Shown piece by piece: positions 8,095 through 16,285 of a DNA stretch of 29,727 nt. This stretch comes from Nanobdellota archaeon. GTDB lineage: Archaea; Nanobdellota; Nanobdellia; Pacearchaeales; GW2011-AR1. The position numbers were made by a program, and so were the translations under genes. Position 1 is the stretch's first letter. Each line of letters starts with the position of its first letter. The notes under the pieces were generated by a model. It did no database searches. It worked only from the letters and a program-made list of their open reading frames with translations, and was not told the origin of the DNA. The stretch is taken from NCBI GenBank assembly GCA_038045565.1, contig JBBSXX010000138.1, positions 1-29,727 of the forward strand, written 5' to 3'.

Positions 8095-8111
8095 ATTCTA
8101 TTGAAATTTTT

Positions 8112-8849
8112 ATGGCTGCTAATAAAAATGCGATTATCTTATGTTCTGGAGGATTAGATAGTGTTGTAACTGCCAATTATATTAAAGGTAAGCTAAAATA
8201 TTGTAAAATAATAATTTTGTTTTTTAATTATGGTCAAAAATCTCTTGTAAATGAAAGATTTTATTCTAAGAAATGTGCTAAAAAATTAAAGGCTAAATTT
8301 ATGGAACTTAACCTTCCTGAATTAAAGAAACTCTCTCCCTCATTAATAAATGTCTCTGGAAATGTAAGAAAACTAAGCCTTAAAGATTTAAAGGATACTA
8401 AAAAAGAATCTGACAATTGGTATGTGCCATCTAGAAATACAATATTTTTAGTTTATGCGCTAGCTATTGCTGAATCACTTTTTATAAAAAGTAAATGTAG
8501 AGAAAAATATGATATATTTGTTGGTTTTAAGAATGATGGAAAGGAAAGTTTTCCGGATGCGACAAAGGAGTTTGTTAATGAAATGAACAAACTAGAAAGA
8601 GTATCTGTTAAGAAAGGGATTAAGATAATTGCTCCTTTGATAGGGATGGATAAGGAAGATATAGTTAATTTAGGGGTAAAATTAAATGTTAATTTCAAGG
8701 ATACATTTAGTTGTTATATTTCTAATAAGCTTGGTAAACAATGTGGGTATTGTTTAGCTTGCAGATTAAGGCAAGAGGGATTTTATTGGGCTGGTATAAA
8801 GGATCCTTCAGAGTATACTATAAAAATGAAGGATTTTCGAGCAAGATAA
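8112..8849 (+). CDS. queC: 7-cyano-7-deazaguanine (preQ0) synthase
   Basis: SGGLDS PP-loop, FNYGQ, YVPSRNTIFL, FPDAT, and Zn ligands SCY...CGYCLAC..R. Confidence 0.9.
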   Translation: MAANKNAIILCSGGLDSVVTANYIKGKLKYCKIIILFFNYGQKSLVNERFYSKKCAKKLKAKFMELNLPELKKLSPSLINVSGNVRKLSLKDLKDTKKESDNWYVPSRNTIFLVYALAIAESLFIKSKCREKYDIFVGFKNDGKESFPDATKEFVNEMNKLERVSVKKGIKIIAPLIGMDKEDIVNLGVKLNVNFKDTFSCYISNKLGKQCGYCLACRLRQEGFYWAGIKDPSEYTIKMKDFRAR

Positions 8850-8880
8850 TATTTATAAAAACAATATAAAATGGTATTAT

Positions 8881-9540
8881 ATGGAACAACCAAAATTTGA
8901 GCCGACTGAAAATCAGTATAAACCTGTTGTGGCATTTTTAAGAAAATATACAAAAAAGGCGAAGCTACTTGAGATCGGTGCAGGAGATAGGACACTTAAG
9001 AAGTTTCTTCCTGGAAATATAGCTTATGAGAGTTTAGATTTTGATCCAAATTATGGGAAGGCTTTTTTCAAAGCTAAACATGATTATCATTTTGATTTAG
9101 ATAAAGGTAAACTTCCTGTTAAAACAAACAGTTACGATATAATCGTTTGTTTAGAAACTCTTGAACATACAATGTATCCTCAAAGAGTAATAGATGAAAT
9201 GAAAAGAGTGGCTAAGGCTGATGCTTTATTCTTTATTTCAATACCTAATGATTATAACATACTTCTTAGATTGTATTATTTATTTGGGAAAAAACACAAG
9301 ATGGATGAAGCTTTTATGGTTGTTGAAAAACATCTCCATATACATAAAGTAAGGGCAAAAGATATTGTTGAATTATATGGGAAAAATTTTAATGTAAAGA
9401 AAACATACTATATCTGGCAGTCAAGAAACAGCATGTATTCAAAAACTGTTTATTTTATTGATAGAATGATAAATCTTTTTTCTAATCTATTGCCTGGATT
9501 ATTTGGGAGAATGGTATTGATGATTGGAACAAAGAAGTGA
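8881..9540 (+). CDS. Class I SAM-dependent methyltransferase
   Basis: LLEIGAG motif I, LP...SYDIIVCLETLEH, and ISIPN. Confidence 0.85.
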   Translation: MEQPKFEPTENQYKPVVAFLRKYTKKAKLLEIGAGDRTLKKFLPGNIAYESLDFDPNYGKAFFKAKHDYHFDLDKGKLPVKTNSYDIIVCLETLEHTMYPQRVIDEMKRVAKADALFFISIPNDYNILLRLYYLFGKKHKMDEAFMVVEKHLHIHKVRAKDIVELYGKNFNVKKTYYIWQSRNSMYSKTVYFIDRMINLFSNLLPGLFGRMVLMIGTKK

Positions 9541-9729
9541 ATATTTTAGGTAATTAGGTAATATACCACATTATTTAATTTAACTTAATTAAAATTTTGG
9601 GATTTTGTTAACTATATCCTATTTAAGGAGGTATTAGGTAATGGGTTCCATCTTTTTAATTTAATTATTATGATGATTAATCGCAATCAACCCCTAATAA
9701 CCTATCTTCCACTTGTTATTTTGTTATTG

Positions 9730-10869
9730 TTACCTAAACAGTTCATTTATCTGGCTTATAATTATTTTCCAGTTGAATTTTTTAACTGAATTGCTGGCTT
9801 CTAATCTTACCTTATTTAGGACTTTTTCATCTGAAATTAATAATAAGTTAATTTTCTCTGAAAGATCTTTCTTATCATTATTGTTGAAGATAAAACCGTT
9901 TTTTTTATCTTCTACTAAGTCTCTAGAGGCTAGGTTGTCACTTGCAATTACAATCTTTCCTCTAGACATTGCTTCAACAAGCGATTGAGGCATACCTTCA
10001 GAAATACTTGGCAAAATGAAAAACCTGCAAGAATCTATTTTATTTATCTTTTCTTTTACATCATAAATTGGTTTTGAAAATAAAACCTTCTTTTCTAGAC
10101 CTAATTGTTTTATCAATGCTTCTAGTTTTAATTTATATTCCTCTTCAACAGGCCCTACAATTTCTAAAAATAGGTTTTTATCATTAATTGATGAGAGAGC
10201 TTTTAACATAACTTCTAGATTTTTAATTGGAGATACTCTTCCTAAAAAAAGTATTTTATTTTCTTCTTTTGATTTAGTTGATTTACTAGAGTTTTTTATT
10301 GTGAAAAATTCTTCTGGAATCCCATTAGGAATATATGTAATCTTATTCTTTTCTAGGCCTAGTTTTTCAAGATAAGGAATTTCCCATTTAGTTATTGCTA
10401 TAACTTTATTGAACTTGTTTAAAGTTGATTTTCCCTTAAATGTATCATATAAAGAAACAAAAATACTTTGAATTAGACTCCTTTTTCTTCCAAAAGGAGC
10501 ATGGGTTACTAGGAATACTTTACAATTAATTCCTTGTTTTTTTAGTTTCTTTGCGAGTTTTAAAGCATGAGTTGTATGAAGATGACGATATGAATGAGCA
10601 ATTATAACATCAGGTTTAAAGTCTAGGGCTTCTTTTTCAAAATCCCATGACATGAAACTCTCTCCACCAAATTTTTTAAATGGCTTTCTTATTATTTTAA
10701 AGCCGTAAAGATTTTCTTCTGGGGGAGCTATTTCCCAAGTTCCCTTGGTTACATTTGAAGAAATAACTAATACTTGGTTATTTTTTGTAAGTCTCTCTGA
10801 TTCTTGTTTAACTCTTTGCCATACTCCACATATTCCTGCAGAAAAATGGCATAATTCTAGGATTTTCAT
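9730..10869 (-). CDS. GT4 family glycosyltransferase
   Basis: IPNGI, LFLGRVSPIKN and ILPSISEGMPQSLVEAMSRG (EX7E) motifs. Confidence 0.92.
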   Translation of the reverse strand: MKILELCHFSAGICGVWQRVKQESERLTKNNQVLVISSNVTKGTWEIAPPEENLYGFKIIRKPFKKFGGESFMSWDFEKEALDFKPDVIIAHSYRHLHTTHALKLAKKLKKQGINCKVFLVTHAPFGRKRSLIQSIFVSLYDTFKGKSTLNKFNKVIAITKWEIPYLEKLGLEKNKITYIPNGIPEEFFTIKNSSKSTKSKEENKILFLGRVSPIKNLEVMLKALSSINDKNLFLEIVGPVEEEYKLKLEALIKQLGLEKKVLFSKPIYDVKEKINKIDSCRFFILPSISEGMPQSLVEAMSRGKIVIASDNLASRDLVEDKKNGFIFNNNDKKDLSEKINLLLISDEKVLNKVRLEASNSVKKFNWKIIISQINELFR

Positions 10870-10900
10870 TTTAATTTATAATTTTCATTTTAATAACTAT

Positions 10901-11674
10901 TCAATTTACAAGCTCTTCCATTTTAAAGAATTCATGGTTTTTATTGTTTTTCAAATAATCTATCATAAAATCTAAGTTTTCTATGACCCTTGTATGTGGA
11001 AAATTCCTATCAATTTTGCTTTGTGGTATTTCTATGAAATCCCAGGAATGAGCATAGAATACTGCTTCTCTATAAATGAAAGGAAGGGCATTCATATATA
11101 TTTTCTGAAGAAACTTTGGAAATGTTCTAGGAATTATTGAGACAAATGGTAACCCTAAAGAACTTGTGGGTATTTCATACAAACTATGAATTTTATGTTT
11201 TCTTGGGTTTGAAAAAAAGTTAATTAAATTGTTTTTTAATCTTTTTGGGAAGAATAAAAGTTGGAGAGAGTTAAGAGGGGTTTTTGATGAATCATACTTA
11301 AAGTTATACTTTGAGAGAAGCTTAGCAGTATGTTCATCTATTGAGTGTTGAGCTGCTCTAAATCCTTTAGGGTGTTGTTTAAGATATTTGTTAAAAACCT
11401 CAATTGATTTTCTAATTGATTCTTCTTTTTCAACCATTGTTAAATCGTCAAACCGAACATGCCTATAGCCATGAGAAGCTATTTCATGGCCTTGGGATTT
11501 TAATTGTTGGAATATTTTTGGATATTTTTCTATACAATCACAAGTTGTAAAGAAAGTAGCCTTAACATTATGTTTATCTAATATTCTTGATATTTTTCCT
11601 AAACCTTCTGTTATTCCAATAAAACCATCGGAATGTAAGTCTGGCTCTACATCAAAACTTAATGATACTTTCAT
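10901..11674 (-). CDS. Polysaccharide deacetylase (CE4/NodB fold)
   Basis: SFDVE, ATFF, HEIASHGYRH, GFRA, YDSS and YAHSWDF motifs. Confidence 0.88.
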   Translation of the reverse strand: MKVSLSFDVEPDLHSDGFIGITEGLGKISRILDKHNVKATFFTTCDCIEKYPKIFQQLKSQGHEIASHGYRHVRFDDLTMVEKEESIRKSIEVFNKYLKQHPKGFRAAQHSIDEHTAKLLSKYNFKYDSSKTPLNSLQLLFFPKRLKNNLINFFSNPRKHKIHSLYEIPTSSLGLPFVSIIPRTFPKFLQKIYMNALPFIYREAVFYAHSWDFIEIPQSKIDRNFPHTRVIENLDFMIDYLKNNKNHEFFKMEELVN

Positions 11675-11724
11675 AGCCTTGAGATAAAAGCAATAATTAA
11701 AAACATGTCTATACTCTGCAATAT

Positions 11725-12642
11725 ATGGCAGATGTTACTATTGATTTCATAGGAATCGGGGCTGCAAGGAGCGGAACTACATGGTTAGCAAAGTGTTTAA
11801 TGGAACATCCTCAGATATTTTTTCCATATACAAAGGAAATCAATTATTTTTCTAAAACAAGGGCAAATAACACTAAAAGTGAGTATGAAATTAGTGGGAT
11901 TAAAGGTTATTTGAATTTGTTTAAAAATTCTCCAGAAAATGCTAAAAAGGGAGAGTATAGTACTTATTATCTTTATGATAAAACTGCTGCTCAAATAATT
12001 AAAAAGTATTTTCCTAATGTAAAAATTATAGTTTCTTTAAGAGAACCTGTTGCAAGAGCATATTCTGATTATAATAACATTAAATTAAGTGATTTAAAGG
12101 AAAAAAGAGATTTTAAGAGAGCTTTTCTAGATGGAAAGAAAGATGATACTGGAAATTTTGATTCTTTAAATGATTATAAGACTAGAAGTATGTATTACAA
12201 GCACCTTAGTACATATTTTGACTTATTTCCTAAGAAAAACATCCATATAATTATTTATGAAGATATAAATAAAAATCCTGAAAAGGTTGTTAAAGAGTTG
12301 TATAAATTTTTAGGAGTTGATCTAAATTTTAGACCAAGTGTTCTTCATAAAAAAGTTAATGCTCAAGAAGCTACTAAAATTAAGTCTTTAAGGTATTTTA
12401 TTAATTTTTTGAGAAATGTTGTTTTGTTCTTTGAGAAGATAGGACTTGGAAAGCTTATTAATTTTATTAAAAGAAAGACTAAATTGAACAAGACTTTTGA
12501 GAATGTGAATAAGGCAAATAAGAGTAATGTTGAAAAAGATAAGCTAGATCCAAAGATTGAGAAGAAATTGAAAGCATATTACGCTGAAGATATCAAAAAC
12601 CTTGAGAAACTAATAAATAGGAAGTTAAGTGAGTGGAGATAA
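11725..12642 (+). CDS. PAPS-dependent sulfotransferase
   Basis: GAARSGTTWL (5'-PSB loop), KEINYF and LREPVARAYSDY (3'-PB motif). Confidence 0.9.
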   Translation: MADVTIDFIGIGAARSGTTWLAKCLMEHPQIFFPYTKEINYFSKTRANNTKSEYEISGIKGYLNLFKNSPENAKKGEYSTYYLYDKTAAQIIKKYFPNVKIIVSLREPVARAYSDYNNIKLSDLKEKRDFKRAFLDGKKDDTGNFDSLNDYKTRSMYYKHLSTYFDLFPKKNIHIIIYEDINKNPEKVVKELYKFLGVDLNFRPSVLHKKVNAQEATKIKSLRYFINFLRNVVLFFEKIGLGKLINFIKRKTKLNKTFENVNKANKSNVEKDKLDPKIEKKLKAYYAEDIKNLEKLINRKLSEWR

Positions 12643-12693
12643 TTTTCTATAAGTAAATATTTAAAGGGCTTTGATAATAGTTTTTTGGTTAAA

Positions 12694-13860
12694 ATGGTTC
12701 AAAAAGTAGGAGTTATTGCGATGTCTAACCTCTCAGTTGGAGGAGGTTATGCTAGAGTTGTAAACTCATTAATTAATCATTTAAATGATCTTGGCAAGAA
12801 AGTTTACTTATTAACTAGCTCTGAAATTGATGTTAAAAAGATAGAAAATTATCATGGTAAATTTAAAGTTGAAAAACTCTATCAACCTAAAGGAATAAGA
12901 AAGCTATTTTGTAGAGAAGAAACAATCTCTAGGATATTAATGAAGCCTGATTTATTAAAAATGTTAAATGAAGTTGATTTTATAATTGATGTTGATGGAA
13001 GAGTATTGGATAAGTATATTCCTGCAAAAGACAAACATAAATATGTTATTTGGAGAGTTTCTTGTGCTTACCCAGATACAAAGAAGTTTACTCATGTAAA
13101 ATTAAGTTTTACTAGGAAAATTAAAGAGTTTGTTAAGGATTTCTTATATACAAAAATGAATCTTCCAGGAAAAGATGTTAGAATATATCCTTTAGATAAG
13201 TGGACAGGAGAAGAGTTGATTAAATACTGGGATAGAAAACCAATGGATAAGCGTTTATATGCTGAAATTAAGGTTGAAGAATTTTTAAAATGGAAAGGAA
13301 AAAAGAAAAAACAAATTGCAGTATTTGGTAGAATTGCTCCAAATAAAATGATTGATGATTCTATAAAGATTTTTGCAAATGGTACAAAAAATCATCCAGA
13401 ATATAATTTAATAATTCTTGGGGGATTAACTCCTGATTCTGAGAGTTATATTAAATTATTAAAAGACTTAATTGAAAAATTAAATTTAAAAGATAGAGTA
13501 GAAATTCTTGGAAACCCTTCCTTTGAAAAGTTAAAAAATGTTTTACTTGATTCTGAAATTGTAGTTGATTCTCAATGGGGAACAAGCCATAATATGACTT
13601 CTATGGAGGCGCTAGCTGCAGGAGCAATTGTTCTTGCTCATAAAAATGGTGGAACTTATACCGAAATTTTAGATAATGGAAAATATGGATTTGGAGCTTC
13701 AAATGTTGAAGAAGGCTCTCAAATGTTAAATGATATTATTAAGAAAATTAAATCTGGCAAATTAAATGGAAATGCTTTTAGAAAAAGAACTTCTTTTTTC
13801 GATGAAAAAGCTTATAGAGATAGGTTAAAAGCCATACTAAAAGAAAATAACGCTTTATAA
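12694..13860 (+). CDS. GT4-type (GT-B) glycosyltransferase
   Basis: FGRIAPNKMID, SHNMTSMEALAAG and GGTYTEI motifs. ATG 12694 preferred over TTG 12685. Confidence 0.8.
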   Translation: MVQKVGVIAMSNLSVGGGYARVVNSLINHLNDLGKKVYLLTSSEIDVKKIENYHGKFKVEKLYQPKGIRKLFCREETISRILMKPDLLKMLNEVDFIIDVDGRVLDKYIPAKDKHKYVIWRVSCAYPDTKKFTHVKLSFTRKIKEFVKDFLYTKMNLPGKDVRIYPLDKWTGEELIKYWDRKPMDKRLYAEIKVEEFLKWKGKKKKQIAVFGRIAPNKMIDDSIKIFANGTKNHPEYNLIILGGLTPDSESYIKLLKDLIEKLNLKDRVEILGNPSFEKLKNVLLDSEIVVDSQWGTSHNMTSMEALAAGAIVLAHKNGGTYTEILDNGKYGFGASNVEEGSQMLNDIIKKIKSGKLNGNAFRKRTSFFDEKAYRDRLKAILKENNAL

Positions 13861-13861
13861 C

Positions 13862-14380
13862 ATGGAATTAGAAAATAAAAAATATATGTTAAAAAGAGTA
13901 AATTTAGGTTGTGGAGATGAATATCTTAATGGTTGGATAAATGTTGATAATAGAAGTAACATAAAAAAAGATAAATCTTTTGATCTCAATAAATTTCCAT
14001 ACCCTTTTAAGAATAGTGAGGTTGACGAGTGTTTAATTAAAAATACCTTGCCACAACTTAGCGACCCTATTAAGGTTATAAACGAAATGGTAAGGATTAC
14101 TAAACCTCAAGGTAAAATAACAATAATTGAGTGTCATGCTACTAACTACTCTACATTCACTTTTCCTATACCCAATACAATAAACATAACTGAAAATACT
14201 TTTGATGAAAAAGGGCTAAAATTGTTTGAACTTGAAAACAAAATAAAATTAGTTAATCAAGAATTTATTTACACCCATAAATGGAAAAAGTTTATTCCAT
14301 TTAAACATGCATTAAAGATATTTCTTATGGGCCTTTATGATAAAATAAGATTTGAGTTTAAAGTCATCAAATCAAAGTAG
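13862..14380 (+). CDS. Short class I SAM-dependent methyltransferase-like protein
   Basis: VNLGCG...GWINVD, DLNKFPYPF, and E..RI.KP.G. Confidence 0.75.
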   Translation: MELENKKYMLKRVNLGCGDEYLNGWINVDNRSNIKKDKSFDLNKFPYPFKNSEVDECLIKNTLPQLSDPIKVINEMVRITKPQGKITIIECHATNYSTFTFPIPNTINITENTFDEKGLKLFELENKIKLVNQEFIYTHKWKKFIPFKHALKIFLMGLYDKIRFEFKVIKSK

Positions 14381-14442
14381 TAATTATTTCTTGTATTTTT
14401 TTAAACAACAATCTTTAAAAATGAAATAATAATTGGTTTTTT

Positions 14443-15615
14443 ATGAGATTAGTAATAGCAAAACCTACAATGCCTGCATTTGAGGGAGATTTAAGGTCTA
14501 GTATTGATGCTTTAAATGCAGTTAAATCAGAGCTGGGAGTTTCTGGAGATTCTTTAAGGATTAATGATGATTTAGAAATTACTTTTGGTTTTCAACCAAT
14601 TATTAGATATAAAGATCTTGCTGATTTAAGTGCATTAGAAAAGAATCTCGCTTCTTCAGGCGTTGGAGATTATCCTTTAGCATTACATCACCCATATATG
14701 CATGATCTTGATAAGAGTTCAACTGTTGATTTATCTCGTGGAGAAGAAGGTTATCAAAATTTATTAAAAGTTGTTCAATTTGCAGATAACATAAGAGCTT
14801 TATCGATTGCTGTTCATCCAAATGCTGTTAGAAGTAAAGAAGAAATTTCTTCTCCAGAATATACCTATGAAAGAAGATTAGAATTTTTAGATAGAGTTAT
14901 TAAAAATGTGCTTGAAGCTCAGAGTCATGCAAAGTTTACATCAGTTGATTTAGAAAATAAACCTGTTCCTGCAACAACTGTAGATAATGAAAATATGATT
15001 TATACTATAACTTTCGGACCTTTAGAAGATTTACAAAGATATGTTAATGCTGGAGGAAAAATAACATTTGATCCGTGCCATTATGGTATAACTATGAGAA
15101 CTTGGAATCAAATTCCTTATAATGCTGAAGTTATAAAGGAAAATGCTATAGGCATTAAAAATGATTCTGATCATTTAAGAGAGACTTTAAGAGCAGAACA
15201 TGAATTAGATAAAATAATAAGTTTAGGATATTTTAGAGAAGATCTTCAGGAACAACATTTAGTTTCGGATGCTATGTTAAGATTAAGTTTTAAATTAGGT
15301 TCTGCAATAAATCATATTCATTTAAATGATGGAAGTATATATAGACCTGTTCCTGAAACAGGAAGACCTAACACAGATGCTAAAATTCCTCAAGTGGATG
15401 GGATTCAGTTATATTGGGAAGCTTATGTTCCAGGATATGGAGAGCTTTTCAATAATAGTGATATAATGCCTTGGTTAAGACAATATGGCCATGAAGATAG
15501 AACAGTACCATTAACTATAGAAGTAACTGAATTTGATAATAACTATAAAGAAAATCCCAGATTTAGAGAAGGAGCTGTTTCTCTAGTTAAGGATATTTTA
15601 TCTGAATTTTCTTAA
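14443..15615 (+). CDS. Xylose-isomerase-like TIM barrel (AP_endonuc_2 / sugar phosphate isomerase-epimerase family)
   Basis: Metal-ligand motifs in the expected order: LENKP, FDPCHY, HIHLND, TIEV. Earlier His motifs LHHP and VHP. Confidence 0.7.
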   Translation: MRLVIAKPTMPAFEGDLRSSIDALNAVKSELGVSGDSLRINDDLEITFGFQPIIRYKDLADLSALEKNLASSGVGDYPLALHHPYMHDLDKSSTVDLSRGEEGYQNLLKVVQFADNIRALSIAVHPNAVRSKEEISSPEYTYERRLEFLDRVIKNVLEAQSHAKFTSVDLENKPVPATTVDNENMIYTITFGPLEDLQRYVNAGGKITFDPCHYGITMRTWNQIPYNAEVIKENAIGIKNDSDHLRETLRAEHELDKIISLGYFREDLQEQHLVSDAMLRLSFKLGSAINHIHLNDGSIYRPVPETGRPNTDAKIPQVDGIQLYWEAYVPGYGELFNNSDIMPWLRQYGHEDRTVPLTIEVTEFDNNYKENPRFREGAVSLVKDILSEFS

Positions 15616-15633
15616 AAGAATTTATTTATTAAA

Positions 15634-16170
15634 ATGAAAGTTAGAAAGGCTGAATTAAGTGACTTAAAAGAAATTTTAGATATTGTTAAAGGAACTTTTC
15701 CTCAAGATTTCTTTTATGAGGGGGGGTTTAATAAAGGAAAATGTGCAGAATTTTTTATGAAATCTTTAACTGATCCTAATGAGTTTGTTTACATATGTTT
15801 AGAAGATGGCGGAAAGGTGTGTGCGTTTGCTTACTATGTAAATAAACCTCCAACAAATGGAACAGTAATACTTGAGATGCAGGGAGTATCAAAAAAGTTT
15901 AGGTATAAAGGAATAGGAACTAGACTTTTAGAAGAATCTGATAAATTAGTTGTTGAAGATATCAAAAGTCAGGGCATTGAAAATTTAGCTACCATACATC
16001 TAACAGTTAGCCAGAATAATCTGGTTGCACAAAAGCTTTATGAAAATGTAGGGTATAAACCTGTTGGAACTATTCCGGGATTTGTGGGAAATGGTAATAA
16101 TGAAATAGTTATGTTAAAAGTAGTTAATGATATTAATTATAGAAGAGATTTATGGACATCTACCACTTAG
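15634..16170 (+). CDS. GNAT family N-acetyltransferase (RimI-like fold)
   Basis: VSKKFRYKGIGTRLL (acetyl-CoA motif A) and LTVSQNN.VAQKLYENVGY. Confidence 0.85.
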   Translation: MKVRKAELSDLKEILDIVKGTFPQDFFYEGGFNKGKCAEFFMKSLTDPNEFVYICLEDGGKVCAFAYYVNKPPTNGTVILEMQGVSKKFRYKGIGTRLLEESDKLVVEDIKSQGIENLATIHLTVSQNNLVAQKLYENVGYKPVGTIPGFVGNGNNEIVMLKVVNDINYRRDLWTSTT

Positions 16171-16285
16171 TTTTTAACTACTTCGTTTCAGTAATGAATC
16201 CTCTTGATTTAACCATAACAAATCTTAAAAATCAGACTTTACTAGAAATTTTGGGTGTTTAGATGTATTAATAAAAAAGAACAAA

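Noticed and set aside
6492-8849. QueC plus N-glycosidase as a type IV CBASS or Qat defence system
   Set aside because: No CD-NTase, TGT, P-loop ATPase or TatD gene is present, and a GT2 gene separates the two.
7445-11994. Short ORFs 7445..7627, 8453..8698, 8783..8995, 9713..9988, 10745..10975 and 11797..11994
   Set aside because: All overlap well-supported genes on the opposite strand and lack recognisable motifs.
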